Shown here one piece after another: positions 8,877 to 19,228 of a DNA stretch of 64,000 bases; position 1 is the first letter of the stretch, and every line of letters starts with the position of its first letter. Made by a program: the position numbers and the translations under genes. The DNA is taken from NCBI GenBank assembly GCA_964291215.2, contig OZ219790.1, positions 1,024,001 to 1,088,000 on the forward strand, in the 5' to 3' direction. Source of the DNA: Alphaproteobacteria bacterium. GTDB taxonomy: Bacteria > Pseudomonadota > Alphaproteobacteria > MPNO01 > UBA830. The notes under the pieces were generated by a model that was not told where the DNA came from, made no database searches, and worked only from the letters and a program-made list of their open reading frames with translations.

Positions 8877-9420
8877 TTGGAAGAAATCAAAGCCGAGGTC
8901 AGGACGTCTGAAATTTGTGGTGTTGCGTCCGGCTCCGGACGAACGTGCGCGGCGCCTGTGGGCGGCGACGGAGGCCCGTGCCATCGGGCGCCGAGGCATT
9001 GCGCGAGTGGTCGAGGCGACGGGGATGTCGCGCGGCACCGTTCGCGCCGGGCTGAAGGAGCTCGATTCAGACGCAGTCTCCGAGTCTTCGGGCGAGGTTC
9101 CTTCAGGACGTTTGCGTCGCCCCGGCGGCGGGCGGAAGCGGGTGACGGATCTGGATCCGGAGTTGGTGGCGGCGCTGGAGCGCGAGCTTGAACCGATAAC
9201 GCGCGGCAATCCGGAGAGTTCGCTGCGCTGGACGTATAACTGTGCCGCACGGCTGGCGGAGACCGTCTTGCGGTCGAGGGCCACCGCGTCAGCAAGCGCA
9301 CGGTGAACCGGCTGCTCCACGATCTGGGGTACAGCCTTCAAGCCAACCGCAAGACGCTGGAAGGCCGCCAGCATCTGGACCGGGATGCGCAGTTCCGACG
9401 CATCGACCGCGAAGTCTTCG
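8877..9420 (+). pseudogene. ISAzo13-family transposase, frameshifted and 3'-truncated
   Basis: DERARRLWAATEARAIGRRGI, RRPGGGRK, TRGNPESSLRWT, then in another frame RLLHDLGYSLQANRKTLEG..H.DRDAQF; no catalytic DDE region follows. Confidence 0.85.
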
Positions 9421-9439
9421 CGAAACTTGTCGATGCAGG

Positions 9440-10740
9440 TTGCGTAATCCTTGTGAGGCGGCTCCTCGTGCGGTGGGTTCGACACCAGCCGCCGAGGAGA
9501 TTTCGGCGACCCCGGCGGTGCGTGTCCTGTCGGTTGACGATCAATGCGCGCAGGCGCGTGGTGACCCTGGTTCCGCATGCTCTCGCGGATTGATGTCCGG
9601 CACTTGTCGATGCCCCGCGCGGGGATCAGATGCACCGCGGCGAGCACGGCGATCAACAGGTGGGCGGCGATGCGCTGGCCGGGCGCAATCCGGGCTCGGA
9701 TTTCAATGAACGGAAGGTGGCCTCGATATCCGTGTCCCGAGGATGGTCTCGATATCCTGGTCGCTGGTGCGCAGGCGCCCGCGTTGTCTTGTCGTCTGTG
9801 GCTGAAGCGCACGGCCGTTGCGTTGGCGCCGGCCTTCTCGACAGTGATCTCGTAGTGTCGGACGACGGTGGAGAAGCGCTGCTCGAGACCGCTCTCCAGC
9901 ACCTTGTCGTGGCGCCGGCCCTTGGCCGAGAGGTGGAGCTTTTTGCCGCCTCGAAGCCCTGCGGCCAAGAATGGCGTCCTCGGCCCTCTTCCTGCTCTCG
10001 CTGACCACGTAGAGCCGCGCTGGCAAGGCGCCTGCACCTCGTGGTCGGTGATCAGCCTCGGGCCCACCCTCGGGCGGCGCCGCCCGCGATCCAGCCGTGC
10101 CCGCCACGCGATGTTCGCCTCGGTGCCGGCGTCCATGACTACCGTCGGCTTCGCCGCCCGCCTCCAGCCTCAGCAGCGCATCCGTGCCCGGCCACGTTGC
10201 CCCGCAAGACCTCGCAACTGCGCCGAAAGCCCGCGCCGCGCAAGCGTGGAGCAATCATTGCGCTTCTGCTTTGAGCGCCCGAAGCGGGGGAGATTGCCGT
10301 CGACGCGGCCGTTAACATTGGCGAGATCGTAAAAGGCGATGGTGTCGGGGATGCAGCGCGCGCTCACGGTTGAACAGCTCCTGGCGGCCCGGTGACGCAG
10401 GTCGCCGATGCGGTACAGCGTCTTGCGCGCCTTGCGCTCCGGATCCGGAAGCTCCGCGGTCGCGCTGTCATCGCGCAGCCGGCGCTCGCTGGCGGATCAT
10501 CCTGGCGACGATCAGCGCACTCGCGGCCCGTGATGCCGAGATCGTGAAGCCGAGATCGCGCCTCGAGGCACAGGCAGCCGACCGGGCGCGGGTTCTCGTG
10601 CTTGAGGCTGTCGAGGTTGACGGTCGCAATTTGCGTGCGTCTTCCTCCAGAGCGCCGGCACGGAACCTCCGGGCCCCTGTTGACGATGTCCTCGGCTGCG
10701 GCCTGCACGCGGCTTCGAACAGCGGCGGGTGGCCGTGGTC
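9440..10740 (-). pseudogene. IS1634-like DDE transposase, heavily degenerate
   Basis: Collinear fragments spread over several frames: ATVNLDSLKHENPR, RKTLYRIGD, TIAFYDL, FGRSKQKRNDC, VMDAGTEANIAW, HYEITVEK, RIAAHLLIAVLA, IVNRQDT. Confidence 0.78.
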
Positions 10741-11113
10741 TCAATAACCCTAGGGCGCTACACTTGCGAACTTGCCTCGGCAAGAAGGGCTTCAGGAACG
10801 AGGCGAGAGAACGAAAATGCAATGACCTGACAGACAACACTAGGGGCTCGGGATGGCAACCTCAAATAGACTACTTAATCAAAAACAGTAAATTCACGAT
10901 GGCAAGGTAAACAGAAACTTCGGTTTCTTACGACTTCCTGCTACCACACCATCTGCGGCGACATAACCGGAACAGCCGAGCAAGCCGACCGGATTGAATT
11001 GACCACACCCCATTATGGAGTTAGGTTTTTCAGACCGCGAGAGGACGCAGTCTCAGGCTGTTTTCCTGCTCGCTGCACCACATGGCACGAAGCTGGGCAA
11101 AGGGTGGCCATTC

Positions 11114-12337
11114 ATGCTTCGCAACAAACGCATACTCCTCGTCATCTCGGGTGGGATCGCAGCCTACAAGAGCCTTGAGCTGATCCGCCTCTTGCGTGAG
11201 CGTGGTGCTTCGGTCCGCTGCGTGATGACTAAGGCTGCATGCGAATTCGTCACCCCGCTCTCGATATCTGCTCTGAGCGAAGACAAGGCGTATTGCGACC
11301 TGTTCTCGCTTACCGATGAATCTGAGATGGGACATATTCGGTTGTCGCGGGAGGCAGACCTCTTGGTCGTGGCGCCAGCCACAGCCAATATCCTTGCAAA
11401 AATGGCCGGCGGTATCTGCGATGACCTCGCAAGCACGGTGTTGCTGGCCACGGACAAGGACGTTCTGGTTGCCCCGGCGATGAACGTGCGCATGTGGACT
11501 CATCCTGCCACCGCAGCTAATGTCTCGCAGCTAAGAAACCACGGCGTCCGTTTCACCGGGCCGGTCAAGGGTCCCATGGCTTGCCGCGAATTCGGCGAGG
11601 GCCGGATGGCAGAGCCCGGCCAGATCGTGGCCGAGATCGAACGATATTTCAGGAGATCGGGCCTGCTGGCGGGGCGCCAAGCCATCGTCACCAGCGGCCC
11701 CACCCATGAGGCCATCGATCCGGTGCGCTACATCGCCAACCGTTCCTCGGGCAAGCAGGGACATGCGATTGCCGCCGCGATTTCGCAGTGCGGAGCCGAT
11801 ACACTGCTGGTTGCCGGACCCTCGTTGGAGCCGGATCCGGCAGGCGTCAAGGTGGTTCACATTGAATCGGCGCGCGAAATGCACGACGCATGTATCGCCA
11901 GCCTCCCGGTGGATGTGGCAGTGTGCGCTGCCGCGGTTGCCGACTGGCGGCCTGCCCACGATCAGCCGCAGAAGATGAAGAAGAAGACATCCGGCAATTC
12001 CTTGTCGCAGCTGGAACTGACCGAGAATCCGGACATTCTCGCGGCGATCGCGGGAGCCGGAGAGAAACGCCCGCAACTGGTGATCGGATTTGCCGCCGAA
12101 ACCGAAGACATCGTGGCCCATGCCACCGAGAAACTCGCCCGCAAGGGATGCGACTGGATGCTCGCAAACGATGTCTCCTGCGGCACGGGTACCTTTGGCG
12201 GTGATTTCAACGAGGTCCACCTAGTGTCGAAAAACGGCGTCGAGAACTGGCCTGCGATGAGCAAATCCGGAGTTGCCGATCAACTGGCCAGCAGAATTTG
12301 CGACGCGTTGATCCCCGGGCAGGACACGGCGGAATGA
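11114..12337 (+). CDS. coaBC: bifunctional phosphopantothenoylcysteine decarboxylase / phosphopantothenate--cysteine ligase
   Basis: [44 protein letters not shown]; start re-called at 11114. Confidence 0.97.
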   Translation: MLRNKRILLVISGGIAAYKSLELIRLLRERGASVRCVMTKAACEFVTPLSISALSEDKAYCDLFSLTDESEMGHIRLSREADLLVVAPATANILAKMAGGICDDLASTVLLATDKDVLVAPAMNVRMWTHPATAANVSQLRNHGVRFTGPVKGPMACREFGEGRMAEPGQIVAEIERYFRRSGLLAGRQAIVTSGPTHEAIDPVRYIANRSSGKQGHAIAAAISQCGADTLLVAGPSLEPDPAGVKVVHIESAREMHDACIASLPVDVAVCAAAVADWRPAHDQPQKMKKKTSGNSLSQLELTENPDILAAIAGAGEKRPQLVIGFAAETEDIVAHATEKLARKGCDWMLANDVSCGTGTFGGDFNEVHLVSKNGVENWPAMSKSGVADQLASRICDALIPGQDTAE

Positions 12338-12783
12338 CGTCCATTCGCGTCCAAGTGACGCGCCTCGACCACAACCAGGATCTGGACCTGCCGTCCTACG
12401 AAACCACGCAGTCTGCAGGAATGGATCTGGCGGCCGCGATCGACGAACCACTCAGGCTTGAGCCCGGCGAACGGGCCCTGGTGCCGACCGGCCTCGCCAT
12501 TGCGCTGCCTCACGGGTACGAGGCGCAGGTGCGACCGCGTTCGGGCCTTGCGATCCGTCATGGAGTCACGCTGCCCAACACCCCGGGGACGATCGATGCA
12601 GATTACCGAGGCGAGATCAAGATCATCGTGATCAACCTGGGCGACACCGCGTTCGAGATTGTGCGCGGCATGCGCATCGCCCAGATGATCATTGCACCGG
12701 TGATCCGCGCCGAACTCGTGGAAGTCTCCGAACTTCCAGAAACCGAACGAGGCGCCGGCGGTTTCGGGTCGACCGGAACCTGA
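12334..12783 (+). CDS. dut: dUTP diphosphatase
   Basis: [32 protein letters not shown]; ATGA overlap with the coaBC stop. Confidence 0.97.
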   Translation: MTSIRVQVTRLDHNQDLDLPSYETTQSAGMDLAAAIDEPLRLEPGERALVPTGLAIALPHGYEAQVRPRSGLAIRHGVTLPNTPGTIDADYRGEIKIIVINLGDTAFEIVRGMRIAQMIIAPVIRAELVEVSELPETERGAGGFGSTGT

Positions 12784-12864
12784 AATTTCGAGGACCGGCA
12801 GGCAGCGCGATCCTTCGCATCCGCAGGCACGGACGGCCCGCTCATTGGCCAGGGCGCCGACACC

Positions 12865-13674
12865 ATGGAATTTTCCGAAGACCAGATTCGCAGATACGCC
12901 CGCCACATCGTGCTGCCGGAGGTCGGCGGGATGGGACAGGCCAAACTCCTTGGTTCCAGTGTCCTGGTGATCGGCGCCGGTGGCCTTGGAACGCCGCTCC
13001 TCCTGTATCTGGCCGCAGCCGGGGTCGGAACGGTCGGCGTCATCGACGACGATGTCGTGGACCTCACCAATCTCCAGCGGCAGGTCATTCACACGACCGA
13101 TCGCATCGGGACCGCAAAGACGGCAAGCGCCGGCACCGCGATAAGGGAGATCAACCCGGACACGGTGTTCCATGCGCATGACGAGCGCCTGACGGCAGCA
13201 AACGCTGCAGCGCTAGTGGCGCAATACGATGTAGTGGCCGACGGAAGTGACAATTTCGAGACCAGATTCCTTGTCAATGATGCCTGTCATCTCGGAGGCA
13301 CACCGCTGGTCTCCGCCACGATCCTGCGTTTCGAGGGGCAGATTGCGACTTTTCGCTCGGGTCTCGGTACCGGCGATCCGTGCTACCGCTGCCTCTACCG
13401 CGAGCCGCCCCGCCCCGGACTGACGCCGAGCTGCGCGGAGGGCGGTGTACTCGGCGCTCTCGCCGGCGCCGTCGGCTCTCTGCAGGCGGTCGAGGTGCTG
13501 AAGGAAATCATGGGCATCGGCGACAGCCTGGCGGGCTCGTTGCTGATATATGACGCTCTGGCCGCATCCGTCCGCAAGATGAAGCTCGCGCGTGATCCCG
13601 GATGCCCGCTCTGCGGCGACGCGCCATCCATTTCCGACCTCTCGCTTCACGCCATCGTAAACGCAGGGGAGTAG
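12865..13674 (+). CDS. moeB: MoeB/ThiF-family adenylyltransferase (E1-like), no rhodanese domain
   Basis: RYARHI, GAGGLG, TNLQRQ, DGSDNFETR, CYRC, SCAEGG, CPLC. Confidence 0.9.
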   Translation: MEFSEDQIRRYARHIVLPEVGGMGQAKLLGSSVLVIGAGGLGTPLLLYLAAAGVGTVGVIDDDVVDLTNLQRQVIHTTDRIGTAKTASAGTAIREINPDTVFHAHDERLTAANAAALVAQYDVVADGSDNFETRFLVNDACHLGGTPLVSATILRFEGQIATFRSGLGTGDPCYRCLYREPPRPGLTPSCAEGGVLGALAGAVGSLQAVEVLKEIMGIGDSLAGSLLIYDALAASVRKMKLARDPGCPLCGDAPSISDLSLHAIVNAGE

Positions 13675-13678
13675 AGGA

Positions 13679-14062
13679 ATGCCGGCGCCCGAAAAACTCT
13701 CCCTGATCATCCAGAGCGGCGATCGCGAGCGAGTTTACTACGCCTTGGTAATGGCCGCGGCAGCGCTGGCGATCGGAAAACCCGTCACGCTGTTCTTCAC
13801 GATGGACGGAACACACGCGCTGACCAGAAATTGGATCGGCGACAGCGAAGAGGCAGAGCGACACGGCGCCGGGATTGCGGACATGGAGGAACTGATGTCT
13901 TCCTGCATCGAACTCAAGGGCCGGTTCATGGTCTGCGAGACCGGCCTGCGAGCTGCCGGACTTCAGTTCGGCGACCTGCGCGAGGACATTCCGGTCGAGC
14001 AGGGAAGCGCGGTCAGCTTCCTTTCCGACGCTTCCAGGCACGGCGTCATGCTGTACATATAG
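13679..14062 (+). CDS. DsrE/DsrF/DrsH-like family protein
   Basis: AAAALAIGKPVTLFFTMDG and GRFMVCETG; RBS GAGGA; 4 nt after moeB. Confidence 0.75.
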   Translation: MPAPEKLSLIIQSGDRERVYYALVMAAAALAIGKPVTLFFTMDGTHALTRNWIGDSEEAERHGAGIADMEELMSSCIELKGRFMVCETGLRAAGLQFGDLREDIPVEQGSAVSFLSDASRHGVMLYI

Positions 14063-14083
14063 GACCGCGTCGGCGGCCCACCC

Positions 14084-15064
14084 TCATCGCGGATCAACGC
14101 GGTTCGGTGGATCGTCATGCGCAAGGAAACCGGTGATGTTGGCGATAACCTTTTCGCCCATCGCCGAGCGGCTTTCGCTGGTAGCGGAGCCAAGATGCGG
14201 TGCAAGGACAACATTGTCGAGCGCAAGCAGGGCCGGCTCCACAGCAGGCTCCCTCTCATAGACGTCGAGGCCTGCGCCGGCGAGTTTCCCGTCGGCAAGA
14301 CAGCGTGCGAGCGCTGCCTCGTCAATGATCTCGCCACGCGCCGTATTGACCACGACGGCATCCCGGGGCAGCAGGTTCAGCCGCCTCTCGTCAAGGAGAT
14401 GACGGGTCTCGGGCGTATAGGGGCAGTTGATCGAGAGAACGTCCGTTTCGGCAAGCATCAGGTCGAGATCCTCCTGCCATGTCGCCTCAAGCGCATGTTC
14501 CACCTCGACCGGCAGGCGTTGCCGGTTGTGATACTGCACGCGCATTCGGAAACCGAGCGCCCGCCGCGCGACAGCCTGCCCGATCCGTCCCATCCCGACG
14601 ATGCCGAGCCGCCTGCCAGTCAGCCTGCGGCCCACCATGAATGTAGGAGACCAGCCCTGCCAGACGCCGCTGCGCACCAGCCGGTCGCCCTCGACGAGAC
14701 GGCGCGGAACTGCCAGCATCAGGCTCAGCGCGATGTCCGCGGTGTCGTCTGTCAACACATCCGGAGTGTTGGTTACGACAAGTCCGCGCACCGTGGCGGC
14801 GGCGAGATCGATGTGGTTTACCCCGACCCCGAAATTTGCCAGCAGCCGGACAGTTTCCGGAAGTCGTGCGATCAACTCGGCGTCGAACCTGTCGGTAACC
14901 GTCGGCACGACAACATCGGCACCGAACGCGGCCACCACGATCTCGCCCGCCGCCATCGGAATATCGTCGGCGTTCAGCCGAACATCAAACATATCCCTCA
15001 TGCGGGATTCGATGCCTTGCGGCAGGGCGCGCGTAACGAGAACGCAGGGACGAGTGGCAATCAT
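14084..15064 (-). CDS. D-2-hydroxyacid (glyoxylate/D-glycerate) dehydrogenase
   Basis: NTPDVLTDDTAD, GIVGMGRIG, NTARG, GLDVYEREP, PHLGSAT. Confidence 0.93.
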   Translation of the reverse strand: MIATRPCVLVTRALPQGIESRMRDMFDVRLNADDIPMAAGEIVVAAFGADVVVPTVTDRFDAELIARLPETVRLLANFGVGVNHIDLAAATVRGLVVTNTPDVLTDDTADIALSLMLAVPRRLVEGDRLVRSGVWQGWSPTFMVGRRLTGRRLGIVGMGRIGQAVARRALGFRMRVQYHNRQRLPVEVEHALEATWQEDLDLMLAETDVLSINCPYTPETRHLLDERRLNLLPRDAVVVNTARGEIIDEAALARCLADGKLAGAGLDVYEREPAVEPALLALDNVVLAPHLGSATSESRSAMGEKVIANITGFLAHDDPPNRVDPR

Positions 15065-15162
15065 CAGACGTCGCAAAGCAGAGAATTGTTAATGGATATC
15101 GACAGCATACCCGGGTGGGGCCACCCGGCAAATCCCGGCACCGGCAAAAGGGAAGCGACCCT

Positions 15163-15356
15163 CACGATGATCCCACGCTAATTCGGAGACGCGAAATCCG
15201 AATGTCTTGGGGGCTCGCGTCATCACAGATCGCCCCCTTGATCGCAATTTTCGTGCCGAGAAGGCCCCATCGAGCCTTGGCGGCACGATTGCAGCGCGAC
15301 GCAAACTGTAAAAATCTCGCCAGTCGTCGCTGGATTAGCAGCGTGGGATCATCGTG
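15163..15356 (+). mobile_element. MITE copy 1 (194 bp, non-coding)
   Basis: Perfect 17-bp TIR CACGATGATCCCACGCT...AGCGTGGGATCATCGTG; 9-bp direct repeat AGCGACCCT at 15154-15162 and 15357-15365; homologous to 22100-22291. Confidence 0.92.
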
Positions 15357-15627
15357 AGCGACCCTGCATCCGTATTGAAACTTCCCGCAACGAGCGCTAC
15401 CCTGTCGGCATCTTGTGGAAGAGTTCCTGCTCCCACAACCGATATTGTTGTCCAGCCTTGAATTTCCGGAGACGCGCCGCCGGTGCCGGCCCGAACATGA
15501 TGTCCAAGACCCATCACCGTCCGGATCGGGCATGCCGTCGAGATTCCCGTGCGGTTGGCCAAAAAACCGGTATCAGCAGACACCTGTGTGCCGGGCTGGT
15601 GATCCGACTGCACATGTCGGACAGTTC

Positions 15628-16128
15628 ATGACGAAACGTTCAATGACGGGCATCGTCGGACGAAGCGCGGTTGCCGCCCTGGCCGCCCTGTTGCCGGCTT
15701 TCGCAGCGGCGGACACGGGACTCCAACTGCCGCGCTTTGCCTCGCTGCGCGCCAACGAAGTCAATTTGAGAGCCGGGCCGGGACAGCAATATCCGATAGA
15801 CTGGATCTTTCGGTACAAGGGTATGCCGGTCAAGATCATTGCCGAATACGATCACTGGCGTCAAGTCCGCGACTGGGAAGGGACTGAGGGTTGGATTCAC
15901 AAGTCCCTGCTCTCGGGACGACGCACGGCGATGGTCGTGGGAAAGGAGCACCCCCTCCGGCGATCTCCGGAAAGCAATTCTGGCGTGGTAGCGCGGATCG
16001 AGGGACGGGTTGTCGGACGGATTCTGGACTGCAAGAGGCACTGGTGCCGGCTGGATATCGGAGACTATCGCGGCTGGATGCAACGCAACCATCTGTGGGG
16101 AGCAGATCCGGCTCCACGGGAAGAATAG
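15628..16128 (+). CDS. secreted tandem bacterial SH3-domain protein
   Basis: Signal-like N-terminus, LPRFASLRANEVNLRAGPG, WRQVRDWEGTEGWIHKSLLSGRRT; start re-called at 15628. Confidence 0.88.
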   Translation: MTKRSMTGIVGRSAVAALAALLPAFAAADTGLQLPRFASLRANEVNLRAGPGQQYPIDWIFRYKGMPVKIIAEYDHWRQVRDWEGTEGWIHKSLLSGRRTAMVVGKEHPLRRSPESNSGVVARIEGRVVGRILDCKRHWCRLDIGDYRGWMQRNHLWGADPAPREE

Positions 16129-16224
16129 GCCGCTGAATCAGACCGGGCCGGGATCCGCCGCCCGCCTACAGGACTGCGCACGGGCGCCACCTGAAGCCGT
16201 TGCGCCATCCGTACGAGGCGCGGA

Positions 16225-17145
16225 TCAGGATCCGCCGGGGCCTGATTCGGACGCAGCGGACGGAGACGGGCCAAGCGTCGCAGTCCCGAACGAGCCGTCG
16301 GTCACCTGTCCACTCCTGTAGAAGACGGGATTCGCGAACGCGAGCCGCCTTGCCATCACGTTTACCGCTTCTTCGCTGCTATCCACAAGCACGGCGTTCC
16401 GGCCGGCGCGGATCGCCGCTTCGCCCGTCGTTCCGCTGCCCGCAAAGAAATCCAGAATCTGCTCATCGGGATTTGAATGAACACGGACGATTCGGTTCAG
16501 GATCGCCAGCGGCTTCTGGGTCGGATACCCGGTTCTTTCCTTGCCGCCGGAGCTGACAATGGTATTCCACCAGGTATCCGTCGGAGTCTTGCCCCTTGCA
16601 GCCTTCTCCGGCCCGACCAGTCCCGGCGCCATGTAGGGGATGCGGTCGATGTCCCCGAATCGGTAGGTGTATTTTTCCGGGTCCTTGGCATACCAGAGAA
16701 TATTGTCATGCTTCGGAGACCAGCGCCGCTTCGATCGAGCTCCGTAGTCATAGGCCCAGATTATTTCGTTGATGAATGACTCGCGGCCAAAAATCTCATC
16801 CAAGAGAATCTTGCAGTAGTGAGCCTCCCGGTAGTCGATATGGAGGAAAAACGAGCCGGCAGGGGAAAGCAGCCGGCGAGCTTCGCGGAACCGGGGTTCG
16901 ACAAATGACATGTAGTCGCCGAAGAAATCGGAGAATGATGACGTGCCCAGTCGAGTCGTCCTGTATCGTTTGCCCTGAAAGCCCAGCCTGTCCCCGTCCT
17001 TGTCCATTACCGTCTTCAACCGTGTGCGGGACTGGAGCTTGCCCGTGTTGAACGGCGGATCGATGTAGATCAGGCTGAAGCGTTCCGCTTCAAACTCGGA
17101 AATGATGTCGAGATTGTTGCCGAGATGAATCTCGAGTCTGTTCAT
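16225..17145 (-). CDS. site-specific DNA amino-methyltransferase (N6-A/N4-C), beta class, orphan
   Basis: Catalytic IYIDPPF precedes YPTQKP and the SAM-binding LDFFAGSGTT; RBS AGGAG before ATG 17145. Confidence 0.92.
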   Translation of the reverse strand: MNRLEIHLGNNLDIISEFEAERFSLIYIDPPFNTGKLQSRTRLKTVMDKDGDRLGFQGKRYRTTRLGTSSFSDFFGDYMSFVEPRFREARRLLSPAGSFFLHIDYREAHYCKILLDEIFGRESFINEIIWAYDYGARSKRRWSPKHDNILWYAKDPEKYTYRFGDIDRIPYMAPGLVGPEKAARGKTPTDTWWNTIVSSGGKERTGYPTQKPLAILNRIVRVHSNPDEQILDFFAGSGTTGEAAIRAGRNAVLVDSSEEAVNVMARRLAFANPVFYRSGQVTDGSFGTATLGPSPSAASESGPGGS

Positions 17146-17233
17146 TTCCGGACTCCTTCGGCCATCGCTCAACCGATGATGAAGTGCGGGATCCAGAGCG
17201 CCCGTTCTTTTTCAGCCCGGCCGGGCGCGCGGT

Positions 17234-17839
17234 CTATCCGTCCGGTACCCGGAAGTCCTCGCTCAGCGCCCGCCGCACATGCTCAGGGACGACGGCCATG
17301 TGACCGTACTGCGGATGTCCGATGGCAACCACCGCCTCGGCGCTGCCGGATCGCATGGCGTCAACCGCCTCGTCGTCGAACGGGAAGTGCACGAAATGAA
17401 CCGAAGACGTCTTTCCGTCAGCGCGGGTGCGATCCATGTCAGCTTCCGCCACACCCCGGATCCTGCTATCGCCTACGGAAATGAACATTGCCTGCTCGAC
17501 GCTACCGAGTTCTCCGAGAATCCGTTTCCGCTGCGCCGGATCCCCGATCTCGAACATCACCGTGGCCACGAGTTCGCGGCCCTGGGGAATCAGCGGGTTA
17601 TAGGCCTCGAGCTCATCCTGGATCTGGGCCTCGCCACCACGCTCAATATAGAGCATCTCGTGGACCTGGTGCCACATGGTCTCATAGTTCTCGAAATGGA
17701 ACGTGGCGTGCGGCCCGACCGCCACCCGCCTGTTCTTTTTTAGCGCGATCAGAGCCTTCCTGCGCGCGCGGCGTTCGGAGGCATACCGTTCCATCGGAAG
17801 GATATCGGCGCGGGTAATCTGTGTCGGAGATGCGTTCAC
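17234..17839 (-). CDS. DUF3501 family protein
   Basis: RRVAVGP..TFHFEN, QVHEMLYIE, ELEAYNPLIP, KTSSVHF; GTG start overlaps the upstream stop (GTGA). Confidence 0.85.
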   Translation of the reverse strand: MNASPTQITRADILPMERYASERRARRKALIALKKNRRVAVGPHATFHFENYETMWHQVHEMLYIERGGEAQIQDELEAYNPLIPQGRELVATVMFEIGDPAQRKRILGELGSVEQAMFISVGDSRIRGVAEADMDRTRADGKTSSVHFVHFPFDDEAVDAMRSGSAEAVVAIGHPQYGHMAVVPEHVRRALSEDFRVPDG

Positions 17840-19182
17840 GTCTGCCTCCTGCAGGCCTGCGCGAGCAGCCGGATCGGATGCGGCACATGCTCCGGTACAT
17901 GTTCCCCGTCGCCTGCCAGACGCTCCATGCCCTGGCGGAGATGATCTCCTGCCAGCGGACATTCGGATACCACCCACCGTCGATCCGCCCGCAGCGCGCG
18001 CCGTGCGGCGGGCCGTCCGATCTTGAGCGCCGTATCGAAATTCTCCCTCATCATGCCCCAGGAGCCCCCATGCCCCGAGCAGCGCTCAACCACCTGCACG
18101 TCGGTGTCGGGAATCAGCCGCAACAGTTCCGCAGCTTTCTGCCCAACATTCTGTGCCCTTGCATGGCAGGCGAGGTGGACCGTCACGCCGCCGTCAAGGG
18201 GCTGCGGCTCGTCGGCCAGGCCTTCCTTGCGGGCAATGTCGACGATGTACTGGCTGATATCCCAGCTCGCTTCGGAGAGGCGCCGCAGGTCGTCATCCTC
18301 AGGGAGCAGGAGCGGCCACTCGAACTTGAGCATAAGCGTGCAGCTCGGAGTGAGTGCAACCACATCATATCCATTGTCTACCCACGGGATGAGGGCTGCC
18401 GCAACCCGCCGCGCGTTCTTTGTCACGGCCTCGATGTCGCCATGCTCGAATTTCGGCATGCCACAACAGGTCGGGTAGACGACTTCGGCCTCGACGCCGT
18501 TGCGGGCCAGAATCTCAAGCGCATCCTCGCCCGTCTCGGGATCGTTGTAGTTGACGAAACAGGTGGCATAGACGACAGCCTTCCGCCCGAATGCCGGCGC
18601 ATCACGGTTGACCGGCACAGGCGCGGCGCGAGCGCGCATCGTCAGCGTCCTGCCGTGAAACTTCGGCACAGCAGCGCGCCGATCGATGCCGGTAGCGGCC
18701 TCGACCACCGGTCGCATCAGCTTGTTCCCGGTATCGGTGGCCCAGTTGGCAAGCGGCGCAACAGGCGCAGCGAGCCTGCCGTTGCGGTCGGTTTCGGCGA
18801 GTTGCTGCCTGACGAAACTGGTCCCACCCTTCTTGCGCTGCACAGCGCGATAACGAAGCATGAGGTGCGGCACATCGAGATTGAACTCGTGCGGCGGCAC
18901 ATAAGGACACTTGGTCATGAAACACATGTCGCACAGCGTGCATGCATCGACCACGCCGCGGAAGTCCTCGGAAGAGACCGTGTCGAGTTCCAGACTCTCC
19001 GATTCGTCGATCAGATCAAAAAGCCGGGGAAAGGAGTCGCAAAGATTGTGGCAGCGCCTGCAGCCGTGACACACATCAAATTGACGGCGCATCTCGGCGT
19101 CCAGCTTCTCCTCGTCGAGAAAATCGGGATCGCGCCACGGAACAGGATGACGCTCCGGCGCTTCAAGACTGCCTTCAGCCAC
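17836..19182 (-). CDS. rubrerythrin-associated Fe-S oxidoreductase (GlpC/heterodisulfide reductase-like)
   Basis: CHGCRRCHNLC and CTLCDMC...CP ferredoxin motifs; CCG domain (TCCGMP, ERCSGHGG). Confidence 0.9.
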   Translation of the reverse strand: MAEGSLEAPERHPVPWRDPDFLDEEKLDAEMRRQFDVCHGCRRCHNLCDSFPRLFDLIDESESLELDTVSSEDFRGVVDACTLCDMCFMTKCPYVPPHEFNLDVPHLMLRYRAVQRKKGGTSFVRQQLAETDRNGRLAAPVAPLANWATDTGNKLMRPVVEAATGIDRRAAVPKFHGRTLTMRARAAPVPVNRDAPAFGRKAVVYATCFVNYNDPETGEDALEILARNGVEAEVVYPTCCGMPKFEHGDIEAVTKNARRVAAALIPWVDNGYDVVALTPSCTLMLKFEWPLLLPEDDDLRRLSEASWDISQYIVDIARKEGLADEPQPLDGGVTVHLACHARAQNVGQKAAELLRLIPDTDVQVVERCSGHGGSWGMMRENFDTALKIGRPAARRALRADRRWVVSECPLAGDHLRQGMERLAGDGEHVPEHVPHPIRLLAQACRRQT

Positions 19183-19228
19183 TGAAATTCCTCGTGTTCC
19201 CGGATCCGGGCCCGGCCTCGCGGACGCC

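Larger units (their letters stand above)
8543..8917. repeat. inverted repeat pair, arms at 8543-8565 and 8894-8917
   Basis: CAAATTCAGATGTCCTGACCTCG versus the reverse complement of CGAGGTCAGGACGTCTGAAATTTG; one mismatch and one 1-nt indel. Confidence 0.8.
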
